Below are positions 36,101 through 50,198 of a stretch of 64,000 nt of DNA, piece by piece. The position numbers and the translations under genes are program-made. The stretch spans positions 5,941,625 to 6,005,624 of the forward strand of contig CM082579.2 of the NCBI GenBank assembly GCA_040954595.2, given 5' to 3'. The notes beneath the pieces are model-generated. The model saw nothing but the letters and a program-made list of their open reading frames with translations. It was not told the DNA's origin and made no database searches. Numbering within the stretch: position 1 is the stretch's first letter; each line of letters starts with the position of its first letter. Origin of the DNA: Balanoglossus misakiensis. Taxonomy: Eukaryota > Animalia > Hemichordata.

Positions 36101-39100
36101 CCGTGGTCCCAAAAACCTTTGAAAGTTGTATGCTTTGTCTCACTGCATGGACACAAGTGACGGGATGTCCAACTAAATTGCTAGTGATGTGCTGAGGGGG
36201 AACGAATGAAAGAAAGTCTTAGATGTAGAGATTATGGGACTTCCGTCAACATAGTGCATGCGCGCAGGTGCACATGCACATTAAATGCAGCATGCATTCT
36301 CACGACTATTTAATGCACATTGTCTTCACACTGCACTGCGTCCTGGCTGGCCATCATGCCATCATTCCCTTGATTGATGACTTCTAGTGTGATCGACACA
36401 AATTCAAGGGCTGTTTCTAAACAAAATGTGAGAAAACACGCTGCTCTGTTGCAGTACACACGCTGCCATTCCCAAACAAACATTGGAAATCCAGTATGTA
36501 GACTTTTGTCATGTTTATCAATAGTCATTCCATCCAATAAATCCCTTAATCTCATAAATTGCTTGTCTTTCATTTTGTCCTCTACTCTTTTGATTTTTTT
36601 TAGGGAGATCTAACGAAACGTGTTAATTTGTCTGATAGGTGGTCCTCTGGTAATTACCCTTTGATTACCGACTTTGGTTCGACCCCATTGTCTGCTATTA
36701 GTGTGGTTGGACCAGGTTATAGTTAAATGGGGGTGTCAGCTCTGAGATATCATTAATTGATTCAGCATCAATAGTACAGTTGGACCCTGGACCAGGCTTG
36801 ACTTGGGTTGTGCAGATGAGAATCTACACTGTAGTTTCCATTGGACATCACTTCCATGAAATAAATACTCCTTACCATCACCACTTTATAGATTCCTACT
36901 TTCAATCCTAAATTGGCAGGTTTCACGGACAGAATTAAGAAAATCTATGTGGAATTTTCAATCAAAATGACATTTTCAAAACTTGGGGGGAAAGAAGAGG
37001 GGGCAGTTCTGGGGAATGGTATTTTCGTCTCCCTGGTCTATACCTACATTGTAGTATGTCTGGAGTCTTGAAATGGCCTGTAACATTTTCTGCATGTTTA
37101 GATGAAACCCATAGATAATCACATCCCAACTTAGCACTTTTGCCTTTGTCAAACCAAGTAAATGTTTAGAAACTGAATCCCAAAGTTTTTCTTCCACTGG
37201 CTTGCCCCCACTGCACTGAAACTGAAAATGCCGGGAATCCCGGACGGCAGATGCCATGGAATTAGATACCTGGTATGTTTATTCCTAGATGGTTAATTTA
37301 GCCAATTAGCCCGGGTTCACTTTTATTTACTGCCTGGCCGTTCTGAGCCACCAACTGTCCTCAAGGACGTTTGCCCTCTGAAATCTGCTAATCCCGGGGA
37401 TAATCTACTGCTGCCTGGGTGATCGCAAAAGAAAAATCTTCCATTCGGTTTTCTGAATGCACTGGTGCAGTCATCCTCTCGAAGTGAGAAACCGGTGTGT
37501 TTGGCCACAGAGAAAAGTAAAAGTATTTTCACTCTGTCTCGACTCTTCTTCGTCTGAGGCATCCGAGTGTCTGCGAGAGCAGGTGCTTCAATTCAAGCAT
37601 GCCAGGGCCAATGTTTAGTTTTATAGACAGCCAGAGCTTTACAAACAATCGCTGCCACTTCATTGAGACTGTTTTTACAGGCTCTTTTTCTCATCACCCG
37701 CTCACTGACTCATGACGGCCGACGACGGAAGAGCCAATACTATCTCTGCATGTCCTCAATCGCATTGTCACGTCACTTCTCATAATGGTCGGCTTGGGTG
37801 CATTCGCTCCCTGTCTCTCAATGGGCCTTTTAAATACGGACTGATAAAAAAAGGGGGGTCCGTCTTTCAAGCGTTGGTCGGAAATCTTGTTCCCCGAGAG
37901 CAGAGCTGATTGTTTTGATTGTGTTGTTACTTATCTAACTATCTGTATGGGACGGGCCCATCATTGAGTGCCAGCTATAGGCAAGGACATTCGGGTTGTT
38001 GTCTGACTTTGTGTGGGCAGGGCTGTACAGATGGTGCACTGTGCAAGTGCACTGGGGTGGACAGGCTCTGATTTTTGCTGTCGGACGCGACACACATCTT
38101 TCCTACAACCCTATTATGTTGTTGTAGGGTGGGATATATCGACCCATTAAAAGCAAACGACCGTGATGGCAGTCTGGAAAAAGCCGGAATACTTAGGACA
38201 AGCACCTGGTGTCAAAAATGCCGGCTTCCAGTCGGTGTTGTACGATATGGGATATAAAAACAAAACATGACTGGAAAAGTATCATTTAACAGAAGTAAAA
38301 CATCTTTTGGGGAGGAAAGGGGCAATGACTTGGAGAACAAAGTCACCCTCACCTTTGGATTTTGGTGTATGAAATTGTTTTATCATGCACAGTCTATTTT
38401 ACTGGTGTAGTGCAGAATCGTCAGACTTCTGCTAAACATGTTCACATAACATGTCAACTTTTAATGATACAATTAGTGTTAAAAACCATAAATTATGTCA
38501 TTAAAATTTTTACGTGCTAACGTGAAGCGCTGTTGCATCGCTTAACCTTTCAGCACGTTTCTACACCCCCAACATCACCGTGAAAAATTTTCTCCTGCGC
38601 ATCTAAAAAAAATCCAATTGTCCGAAGAAAATAGTGACTTGTAATCCATTTGAAATAAATTTACAAACAACACGGGTGTACATCAATGTTAATAGCTTTC
38701 TTCCTGCAGTGCTTCAGTCGGACTATTTTGGGGTTTGCAGACCCAATTTAAGTTCGCCTCTAGGCATAGCTTTGTCTGTCTGGACGTGCTGCTCACAAAA
38801 GAGCGAGCCTCAGACTTGTCGCGGAAGATGTGACTTGATGTCCCATTCATTTGCAAAAATCGTTTGTCAGAGTTCCTCAACTACTTTTTTCTGATTTTGG
38901 AAATGACCGCAGACTGGGCAAATGAAAAAAAAAGAGAGAAAAAGAGAAGAAAAAAACAAATTGTGCTTTTACCTTGGAACGGAGCCCCCAGGTCCTCATT
39001 GTCCGGAGGAAATTGATTCTTGGCGTCTGCGACTCTTGTCGCCCGTTTGTTCCAGATGAGGGTTTTAGCCTTCACGAACCGACCACAAAAGGAACTCAGA

Positions 39101-42100
39101 TGAAGAAAATAAGAGAAAACTCTTTTATAGTTGTCATTTTCAATCAATCCAATTCAAGTTGTTTATGGTTCGATGGCTCACATGACTTTTAATCCAACTG
39201 TGGTTTGTGTTTTACGTGGCAAAATCTAGGAGATTGGGATACCGAGCTAATGTAGTACACGCATACACACACACGAGCATACACACACATTAACAGACTC
39301 ATTTTACATTGGATGCTTGACTACAGAACATGTACCGACTATAAACCAGTTTCATTCTATATCAGATAAGGCACAACCATAGATTGGTCTGTTGAAAATT
39401 GCTCAAATCTGTGAAATTCTGGATTCAGAGAGCCGGAAATCAAAAACTATCAGACTGATTCAGATTCTTTCATCTTCAATAATCAATGCTCTGCTAGGAT
39501 TTGCATTTGAAAGAATGTACACTGGACTAGTCCAAAAGTTACAAGTGTCATACTTTAATTCATCTATTATTTCTGCGAACATCACAGTGGATAATTATCA
39601 CCTGTATTCTTTTATTTTTTGCCACACAGTTAAAGTTGATTCCAACCAACTGATGTTAATATTCCAACTTAACTAATCCTTAACTACGAGTATCCACTAG
39701 CCAGTGTCATGGCAACCAATGCCCCCTAGCGCAGAAAATACAGACTGCATACACACACACACCCTCAAAAGCAGCCCACCCTTTAACACCCAGATCTCAC
39801 GAAGGACAAGTGATAGGTAGTAAAGAGTCTGGGCTGTGCTAATTTTGCTCCTCTGTGGATGTAATTTGCCGGTATTTGTTTTAACAAGTCAGGGGCTAGT
39901 CTACACAGACCACGGTACCATACCAGTCAACAGCTCCTAAATTATGCCCCGGTGTCAGTGATGAATGGGACAGGCAAGTTGCCTCTCCACTGTTGTCAGT
40001 TCCATACCGCACCCACAAGGCAATAATAGGCAGTTAATTGTCACTTCCCCAGGAAAGGCAATTAAAAAATGCCATTAAGGCTAGCACTTACCATAAATTA
40101 GAAGGCTTAATTAAAAAACTCAGGCTTCATGGTCCCACTTCATCAAAAAAGTCCTGCCTTGTAATTACTAGTACATTTGTGACTTTCTTGTATATTAGAC
40201 AATGTCCAGTGTTGGGGGGGTGTAAGTTTTCTGGGATCAGTTGCCTTAATTTGGAGAAAGTGATGGAGTTGACCATATCCTCCCTATTATGTACACCAGA
40301 ATCCCTGACGCTTTCTCAGTTTTCTCATTTCTTCACCAGTTTCCAAGTCTGCTTTGTACAAAAGTGTTCAAATCTTCCATATTCACAACTGTCTGATAAA
40401 AATCTATGCCAAACCATACCTGCATGGGAGTGCAAAACGCTAAGAGGTCCTTGAAAATGACAAATCTGTGATATCTTCTCTTGACTGAGAGTCGCACTTC
40501 ACAAAGGCCAGCTAGTTCCTCTGTTGAAAATTAATGTTTTCATATCTACAATTGATATCTCAGGTAACCCAGGCGATGGTTTTCAATATCGTTGAATAAA
40601 CATCCCCTCTTGCTGTGTCCTTAGTTACAGGGCATTTCTGTTAGTCATTGTTTCCGGTGGAAACGGTAGTATTTAAGGTCTTTCTGTGCATGGTTACTTT
40701 TTTGTACTTGACATGGATTATGTGAATTGGAATGCAATTTAATTTTGATTTTTGAATGATTTGGTTGTCCGTGTTATTTTGTATGTGTGTGTTTTTCTGG
40801 GAAAGTTGATTTTCAACCTCGACTCTTGAGAAATCAGACGAAAGCTCACAAAAGTCACAATTTGGTTGTTTAACGAATTTTGATATTATGTTGATTCAGA
40901 AAGTCTCCAATATTTAAACAATTTTGAACTACCGGTAGATTATCTGAACTTCATAATTTAAAAAAATGCAAATTACACTGAGAAATGAAAAAAGTCAGTC
41001 TTGAGTAAAAAAATTAACCAGAATTGAGCATATATTAACTGAGTTATACATACTTGTTTAATCATATCATACAAGTTCCCTGTGTTCCAGATCCAACCAT
41101 GCGATTGACGACATTTAGGGTTGGGCCAAATTTACGTACAGCACGTGTCCATATGTCTTGTTGTGCATGTGATATGTAAAAAAAATAGCATGACCACAGA
41201 CAGACAGAGATTGAACACATCCCTTCACAGGTCCCAAGAGACTACTGAACCCAGACTTTTTATGTGTCCTTTATCTAGCCCCAGGCAATAAATATCTGAA
41301 AAAGTCATCACCCTCAAAAGGGCCTTGACATTGCAGTGATGAAGTGCGTGGGAAATGGTCGAGGGAATATGGAGAAACGTGCGTCGGGCGAAAAAAATAT
41401 TGCTACTTTTTGGTAGAAGTTAAAATGTGAGGTTTGTTGAGTTATGGCCACAAATGTGAAGATTATTTGAAAATTTCAGAGTATGTTTAGTTTGTGTTTG
41501 ACCATGTTTTGTGTGACCTCACTTGACCTTAATATTCTTACATTCTGATTTGGCCCTAGACACTGTAGTTTGCAGAATTTCAGCACAAAATTTTCATTGT
41601 GAGAACTACAATTTGCAGAATTTTGGCAAATTTCTCTACATGTCATCGGACAACAAAGTTTCTGATTTGGACTGAATTTTGTTCATCAATTTCATCTCGG
41701 ACAAGGTTGACACCAAACATTCATTATCAATCATCTTTTGTCTACATTTAACCAAGCATAGCGGTCCATTCTGCATTATTAGAAACAGCGAAGGGGTCAT
41801 CCAAAGTTTAATGCCGCAAAAGATTGATAAAGATCCTCCCTTCAAAATACAAGGATTGGAATTTCTTTTATTTATGGCCATCTTCAGAAACTTTGTTCCT
41901 CATCTTTTAAATACCTAGATAAATCTGAACTGGTGTTTACAGTTAAATACTTTCTCCACTGGAGTTTATGAACAAAAAACAGCAGTCGAAATAGCAAATG
42001 TCTAAACAAGACAAACCCTCGTAAATTTGAGCAGGCCCTTTGTAAGGTGTGGTTTTGACAGATTTTTTTTATACCGCATATTTCGGGAGTTTACTCAAAA

Positions 42101-45100
42101 AAGTCGTGGCAGTTGTGGTTGGTAGCTAGGATTAACGGACAAAGTTGATCAAATGCAAAGAAACACGGTCTTAAAAGCAAACAAGATCAAGGGAGTCTGT
42201 GGATTGTGAACTTGAAAAAAACAAACATCAAGTTTGGCTTCCGAAACCCCTTTCAGCCTGTATGTGAACTTAACCCAATTGTTCCCAGTGTAAAGGTATG
42301 GAAACCCCCAAATGGGTAAAATTGAGGTGAAAAGGGTTTATCATCGGTACTGACCTTGAACCTTCTTTTTTATCACCAGAGAATTCCCATGCAACTCACC
42401 TGTAATTGCTAGGCAATGGGTACTCTGATAAGGTGCATGTCTTTACACCTTGGCAAATGTTTGATGTTCGCCAGAGCCACAATGGTGCACAGTGTTTGTG
42501 CACAGGTGCTCTGGATGTGATGGCCACTTTGCGGTTCCCCCCAAGAACAGAATGCAGCCACTGTGTGTCGTGTTTGTCAAGGGATGGAGTGGAGGGGAGG
42601 TGTACAAGGGTGTGCCCCTGAGTCAAATCCATGGAGTCATTTCTCTGTGTGAGGAATGAGCAGAAAGAAAGGAATCTGGAGTGGGTTTTTATACATGGAT
42701 GTCTGTTTGAGAAAGAGGGCTGGCTTTGACCACTGCAGTTTCTATCAGGAACTTCATGCCCTGTGAAAATTTGCAGTGAGGCCTGTACTTAAAAAAAAAA
42801 AAAGGAAACCACCAAAAGACATCTCACTTGGCTGCAAGCTCAAAATTCTGTGGCAAACTGTCATTTTTCTAGCTTTGATGTAAATTTACAAAATGTGGAA
42901 AAGTTATTGACTGATTTGGTTGAAAATATACCAGAAATTCAGTTGATATTGGGAAAATATGAAAGACTTAAAATATTATTTGTTGTGGGGATGTGGGATT
43001 CACTTGGCTAACATGATGTATAAAATTACAATTGACACACACATGCACATAGCATACTGATATAAAAATACTCTAGATAATTAACTTTCATACCTCAGGT
43101 CAATTGTACAACTAATAATGGGAAATTGACATTGATTTATTGTCCTTATATGAAATTAAGAGTTGTTTTCTACTCCACACACATTAATTTTACAGTCAGG
43201 TTTACCATAGTCCAGTATGGTCTGACCGACCCAAAGGCATTCCCACATCGCCACAGTCAATTACGTGTCGTGTACGACATGTAGATTGAGTCCCGGAGTC
43301 CATTTCCGGTTTCATTCCGATGAAACTCATCTGCCGGCTGCAAATGCACTGCTAATGGAGTTGATTTTGTCCATGTGATGTGTATTAAGTGAAGGAAAAA
43401 AAAGTGGTGGGAAAAGCGGCCACCGAAATTTCTCAATTAATCCCGGAATGAGGAGAGCTGTTTATTCCAGACAATCTGGCTTTAAGCACATAAGTTTTGC
43501 ACCTGTGGAATAGGATGCCAGCGTGATTACTCTAGCTCATCTGCAGCAGAGTCTGTTCCAAGGATCTAGCGGGCAATTTGAAAAAAAGAAAAAAAACGGG
43601 AGATGGTCGCTCCTCAAAGGGTAAAATGTTGATGGGATCTGCGCGTTAATTAAAACCATGGCCAATTTTTATCTGAGGCGGTGTTCCCTTTGTCGGCATG
43701 TTGCACACCCCCTTTGGACAGAGCGACCCATGCCGGGCGGGTACTGTGTGTGAGCTCGTCCCAATTTGGCTCGGGGAGCGGCAAATCTTCTGTGCTTAAT
43801 TAAGACCCGGAGAAAAGGGGGGAAAAATAATGATCCCCTAATTATAAACTTAATCAGCTGGTTTGGTGTGCTGCAAAGGAGAACTGACTGTAAAGTGACA
43901 CCGATTTAAGTATCATCAGATCTTCATCAGATCTTCATTTTCTGTAAACATGCCATATACAAGATTTTTGTCACACATGTCTGAATGTACAACAGCACGT
44001 GTTTCGTGTAAAATTCATATTTTCAGAGTTGTTAACTTCTATTTGAGTCAGTAATCTCTGGGGCTTGACATGTCAAAAGATGACTATATATGAACATAAA
44101 CAAAAAATGCCAGATCTAATAAAATGTCGCATTTTAACCGGGGCTACAACGACATGTCAAACACTTCACTCGAATACCAAACATACTATAGCTGTCAAAC
44201 ATACAGGAAAAGTTTTGGCGCAGCAAATATTTCATGACACACACAGAATCCTTTGATCTCTGCCACCATTTTTCATCGATGGGGGTCATCCCTCGCCTTT
44301 TATGCGCTGTTTATGGAACAGCCTTCTCCACTGAGACGGCGGACACACGCTCCCCGAGCAAATTGAACGCTTCCTGACAGAGGGACAGAGTGAAACCATA
44401 TGAGACACATGTCTTTGCTTCTCTCAACAGACTTCGAAGCAAATTTTTGTGTCTCTGTCAAGCGGTGTGGTTTCATTCTTCCAATACGGTCTGAATTTAT
44501 TGACAGTCTGTTTTTTCAGCTCAGATGGTCAGTCGCTAGGATAGGATGTAATTAAATTTTTTTGTTCAATAGTGGACTGTTTGTATAAATCATGTCATAG
44601 TACGCAAAGCCTTGATGAAGGAGTGGCCTTTCTGATTCAGGAATTTTGAGGGTAAAACTTTGATTGTCAAATATCTACTAGTAACAAATTTTTCCAAACA
44701 TAAAAACACGCCTCTGGTTCTCTCTCAGGTTTTTTAATGGGGGAAATATTTATTCTTTTAATTGGGAAAAATTGTTAAAATTATCAATTTGGGATTTAAC
44801 TTGAAAATGGAATGTGTTATATTATAAGTGAACCCACTTATAACATGTGTGCATACTGCAGACACTCGTACTTTCATATCATATGGAAAACATTTTTAAA
44901 TCAGTGTTTATCTGAAACGAGATTTGCCCATCCTTTTTGTCATGTGGTACCTGAGCAAACTGTGACCACCATGAACTTCTACAAACTTCATATCAATATA
45001 TACATCCAGCTGGAAATGACTTCAGTATGAAGTGAAAGTCTGAACCGCAAAATTGAATGAGACATATCCGACATATCCGGCCTTATAGTAATTACAACTT

Positions 45101-47086
45101 ATCAAAGGAAGTTCTGTTATCGTAATGTTTTGTGGAGATGCCACCCTAGATGTCTGGATAAAAGACGTCTCCATCATATACTCATGAAATCTAAGTGCCA
45201 AGAATAATGTAATTATAATAAAATAATCATATTTATTATTATTTATAAATGAAAAGATTACTGTATTTTCTACTTGTGAAAGACAATTGATCAACAGATC
45301 ATGAAAAAAATGTTGATCATAAGAGAGTGTATATACTAACTCACACGTGGTTGCTGAATTGACAGACATTTTTTTCTCATTTATGCGTGATTACCTCGTC
45401 CCATGCCCACCGAAAGTATGATGATTAAAAGTGACTTGGGGTAGCCATCACTGCACAGGCTTAATCCAGCAGATATTCGGCCTGCTATACAGTACAGAGA
45501 GTTCATGCTGGAGCATAGAGAAACCTCATTATCTCTCCCAATGCCCAATTTTCCTCTTTGCAGCCTCACTGTCTGTTTCGGTCATTTGTTCGGTTTTTGT
45601 TGTTGTTGCGTTTTGATCCCTCAAAACTTTTTATCGTCCTGAAAGAAGAAACAACCGTTTTGCAACTCGTCAGCTCAGAATACCAGAATGTTTATTTCTC
45701 AGAAACAGTTTTTTTTCTTTCTCGCTCAGTGTGTGTGGTAACAGACAGGGGCCGCATGACTTTTACATCGGTCTCTGTCTTTGCGACCAATAACATGCTT
45801 GATTACTCTGCACTTTGATGTATAACTGGATGTTTCCCCATTTGCAGTTCAAGTGTGCGGCTTTTCATAAAGTAGCATAATGAAGTTTCTGACTTATTTT
45901 CTTCAGATGAATCTTTCCGGTTCGTTGCTCCCGTAACCATTGAAAACACTCCTTCTAATGGGTTAGTACATGTCGAGGTGAGTTGACCAACTTCTAGGGA
46001 TCGCTTGCGCCAGGCTGGGGCACGCAAGAATCCCTACAAGTTCAATGCCCTTCGACATTCCAATACATCCCCCTAGAAGGCGTGGGAGAGATATACCCCA
46101 GTAATACAACAATTACCCCTCTGACAAATTTGGAATGATCCGCAGTAGCAGTCTTATTACCCAGGTGAGGACAGGTCCATTTCCACCCTGTGGGTAGAGA
46201 CAGGCTGCCAGGGTGAAGTCACTGCTGCACATTTTATCATATCATATCACGTATGAGGAAAAATGGCATTTGACATGAAGAAAGTAAAAGAAGGGGATAA
46301 AAAACCCACGACATTGCTTCCTTTGATAAGACCACTACTTGGTTTGATACAGAGCCATTAAAATTATCTGTGAGTGTAGCGTGTAAAAGTGAAGAATTTA
46401 GATGCTGGGGCAGGACTAAGTGTTCTTGTCGTCAGTGCGATTGAAGAGTACATGGGACTTGGTACAGAGATTGTGAGAAGTACTTTGGATGGAAGCTTAT
46501 AGTTGAACCACATGCAAGTGATTTGTACAGTTTTACCTTTCAGGGTTTCTGCCCCCGTTAATTGATAGTGTCTCTGGAGATGATTGGTGATAGCCTCCTG
46601 TTGCTAAGTACTGAACTGGAATCACATTTCTAAATCAATGAATAAGTGATCCATATACCATTGAGTGAAATGTAGTTCCAACAATCTTGCACTCAAAAAA
46701 AAAACGTCACAAAACATGCAACCTTTTCGTGTATTCTTTCATTTGTTTGTCAGCTAATTCCTGAACAGAGAAGTTCTTTTGTTGGGAGTTGCACGTCCAG
46801 ACAGTGACTGTCACTTCTCATCACATCAATGCATTGTGTACACACACGCTGCCCCAGCCCTTCCTCTTCATAGACTACTCCCACATGGAAGTGGTTTGGA
46901 GAGCCTTCAAAACAATTTACCGACTGCAAGATGATCCACTCTTGCTGTTAAATAAAAACTTGTGTGGCTGTGGTTTGTGACTAAGGAAGGTCTAAATTGT
47001 GGATGAAAGTCATATGCTGGCTCGTTCGGCCGGTCCATCTTCCTGGCTGTCTGACTCCGCCAACGGTGATGGTCCTGTTGGCTTTA

Positions 47087-47298
47087 GGGGCGTATCATTT
47101 GATATCCTAGGGGAGGGGGGGGGGGTTCTGAAAGATATTTGAAAAAAAGACTCCCCCGAAAAATGTCAATAAAAAATAAATTCAGCCAGAGAAAGAAACC
47201 TCAGTACCAAAATGACGATCATGGGAACACACAAAAATAATGCTACCTCATGAATCTTCCAGATCCCCCCCCCCCCCAGATATCAAATGGTCCACCCC
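47087..47298. mobile_element. PIF/Harbinger-type (Tourist-like) MITE, ~212 bp
   Basis: TTA duplication on both sides. Imperfect TIR GGGGCGTATCATTTGATATC / GATATCAAATGGTCCACCCC followed by G/C runs. Confidence 0.7.
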
Positions 47299-49983
47299 TT
47301 ACTTCACCGGGAAGAGATTTTATTTGAATCGTGTGGTGAGGTGGTCAACAATGTTGTCATCAACATCATCACCATCATCCGAAGGACATGTGTTGTCATT
47401 TTCCGTATGTGCATGGCATTGTTTGTGTACCTGGAGTGAATACCCTGTCTTTAATTGATGAGCCAAACCTGTCAATCATTGACTCCCCTGGAATGCTGTG
47501 AACGGCAGGACTCGGAACTTGACTGACATTGTTATTTTACTTACCAAGTACATCATCTTCAATTTAATTGAAAAAAATTAATCAAGAAATTAGAGTAGTT
47601 AATGTACAAATATTTGGTATAATTAAGGTTCTTACTGCAGAAAATCACAAATCTGTCATTACAAGTAGATTTCCTGAATATTCCCAGTCTTGTTTTGGTT
47701 TCCTGCGACACAGTAGAACAAGGTCTTTCCTGTTAAGTTCCGTGTTTGGACTGTTCTGTGGGGGATGATTTTGGTGGATTTTTCACAAACAGTAGGAGGT
47801 GCGGCTCCTGTCAGACACGGCCACTGCTGTGAAAGACATGAACAAGGCAAACAGGGCTGTGTTAGATTGATCGAAGCCAACTGGCTTTACGCATTTCATT
47901 TATTCTTGCGCCATTCCCTCTTTTTTCCATCACATAGGATACGTTTTAGATCTCTCTTGATCTGTACCACATGAGTTTGCCCGTCTCTCTTGGAGTTTGT
48001 CTCATCCCCACTGTGAGCTTGGTACTACCTTCCTTTGTATGTAACTTCTCTCTGAACCACTCTCAGAAAGGTGAAAGACTCATCAGGTTGTGAACTTTTG
48101 TGTCTTCTATTGCTAGTATTTTCTCCTTTTTTAAAAAAATAACTAATCAAATCTGTTACCTGTTTATACAAGCTCTCGAAATTCTTGTAGAGAAATGATC
48201 ACACATTAAACAAATAATTTCAAAATAACAATCCCTTTAACATACTTGTTTGCTGTGGATTTTTTTTAAGACCAGGGAGAGTTGCTGAAATCCTGAATCA
48301 GACAACTTTGTGATTTATCAATATATGGCTCAGGGTTTGTTTTGTGGAAGACTCGAAATTTCCCTGTGATGACCTGTAGCTATTTGGCAAAAATAAAAAT
48401 AATAAAATCTGAGAGAAATAGTTCCAATAAAAAGAAAAACCTCCAGTCAATGTACCAGAACAGATCACAGAAATAAACTCCATCCTTGGCAGGGACATAT
48501 AGTTTACCGATCCCTTGGGCAAGTCTTCAATTATTTGTCTACGTCGTCTATTTAAAGTGTGTTGCCTCTTTTATTTAGAGTAGGGCCCGGTCTTTCCCCC
48601 GCCAGAGTAAATAACGGAGACATTTGTCATTCTCTGGAGAGTTTCTCCGCCAAACAGGGGGTTCATCTGATTGAACTTGATAGTGAGATGTTTAAGGTGG
48701 TGTGCATTCCGAACCACACAGGTTGTGTTTTGAGAGTCCGCGGCTGATGACTACAAAGTGGGGCTACCTTGCCTTGGTTGGTGGTCTGGACTCTGCCGGC
48801 TCCCTTTTGTCTTTTCCGGCCCTCTTCCGTAGTACTCCAGCTCCGTTCCAAGGATTCATCCACTGATCCATTAATGCACTAGCACGCACTCGGAATACAG
48901 AACAATTAACAGATAGCATGTCCACTGACCCATCTATGCATAGGACATTGGCATTTAACATCACCACACACATGAAAACATACATACACGGACTCACATA
49001 CATAGTCATCATCATCAAAATCCAAGACGAAAAAGAGAGATAAACTGACATCAATAGTAATGAAAGTAGATAATTTGGGTGGAAAAAAAGGATTTCTTTT
49101 GTGCATGAGCGGGTTTCAATTGCTTTCGGCAGAAAATGCAAGAGAGAAGGTGGCACATTCTGTTTATTTCACTGGTTTCTGTTTCCCTGGGGTTATACCT
49201 CCAAGCTACGAATCTATGTGTTTTGTCTGCGATGTATGTGTTCTGGTATCTCTGCCCATCCTGTAGACATGACAAATCCAGCTGCAATGCAACTTCACTG
49301 AACAAAGCTAGCTCGTGCACATACATTGCCTCAGGATCTACCTGTATGGCATTGTCCCATGTGGAAATGTTTTTCTCAGCAGTTTGGTAGTAGTCAATTT
49401 ATTCAGCCCCAATATATGAGTATATGAGTAGGTCTACATTTCATTTACTTGCTCTGTTTTCACACTGACAGACCTACAATGTAAATTTTAACAGGTACTC
49501 AAGTCCATTCTTTATTAAAAAAGAGTTGAAGTAAGTCAAATAAACAATATCATGAACTTTATACAGGAAGAGTAAGAAATAACCAATGAAATTAATAAAT
49601 TATGGTAAATAGACATTGCCTTCTCGAATTAAAGGAATCTAATTCTGGTCAAATTGAATTTGTCAAATCCCAAGTGGGTGGAGTTCCTGGCTGCCCAGAG
49701 ACCGGAAGACAAGATTCCCGCGAAGCCAGTCCTTGGATCGAATAGCCCATGTCAGACTGAACCCTGATGAGATTTTGATGAGTGCAATACACACCCCCAG
49801 ATATGATCACAGTCCCTGTGTGCCCCCCTTGGACAAATAGTTTACATAAGACAACTTAGCCAAGTAAACTTCTCCTGATCCCGGTGCCTGATAACTTGCT
49901 AATTAAAATCCCTGCAAAAAATTATCCCTGTCTGAGAAACAGACTTTTCTTTATTGCGGATAATGCAGCATCCTGTGTGCTAA

Positions 49984-50198
49984 GGGGAGAATCATTTGAT
50001 ATCTGGGGGGGGGGGATTTGGGTATGTCTGCAATTTTTATGCTTCAGCCACTGTTTATACAGCAATTATTTTTTTTTTCAATTGCCAGTCCATCTTTTTC
50101 CTCAAGACATTGCAGAAGCCATTATTCTACCTCTGCCAACAATTTTTTTTTCTCTCCAAAAATCCTCAACCCCCTCCAGAAATCAAATGGTTCTACCC
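49984..50198. mobile_element. PIF/Harbinger-type MITE, ~215 bp, termini related to 47087-47298
   Basis: TAA duplication on both sides. TIR GGGGAGAATCATTTGATATCTGG / CCAGAAATCAAATGGTTCTACCC. Confidence 0.72.

Noticed and set aside
32043-47845. Partial matches to microRNA 5' ends (miR-8/200-like TAATACTGTC at ~32043, miR-1-like GAATGTAAAGAA at ~32448, miR-71-like TGAAAGACATG at ~47830)
   Set aside because: Only 10-12 nt match, the 3' halves diverge and no precursor hairpin is evident.
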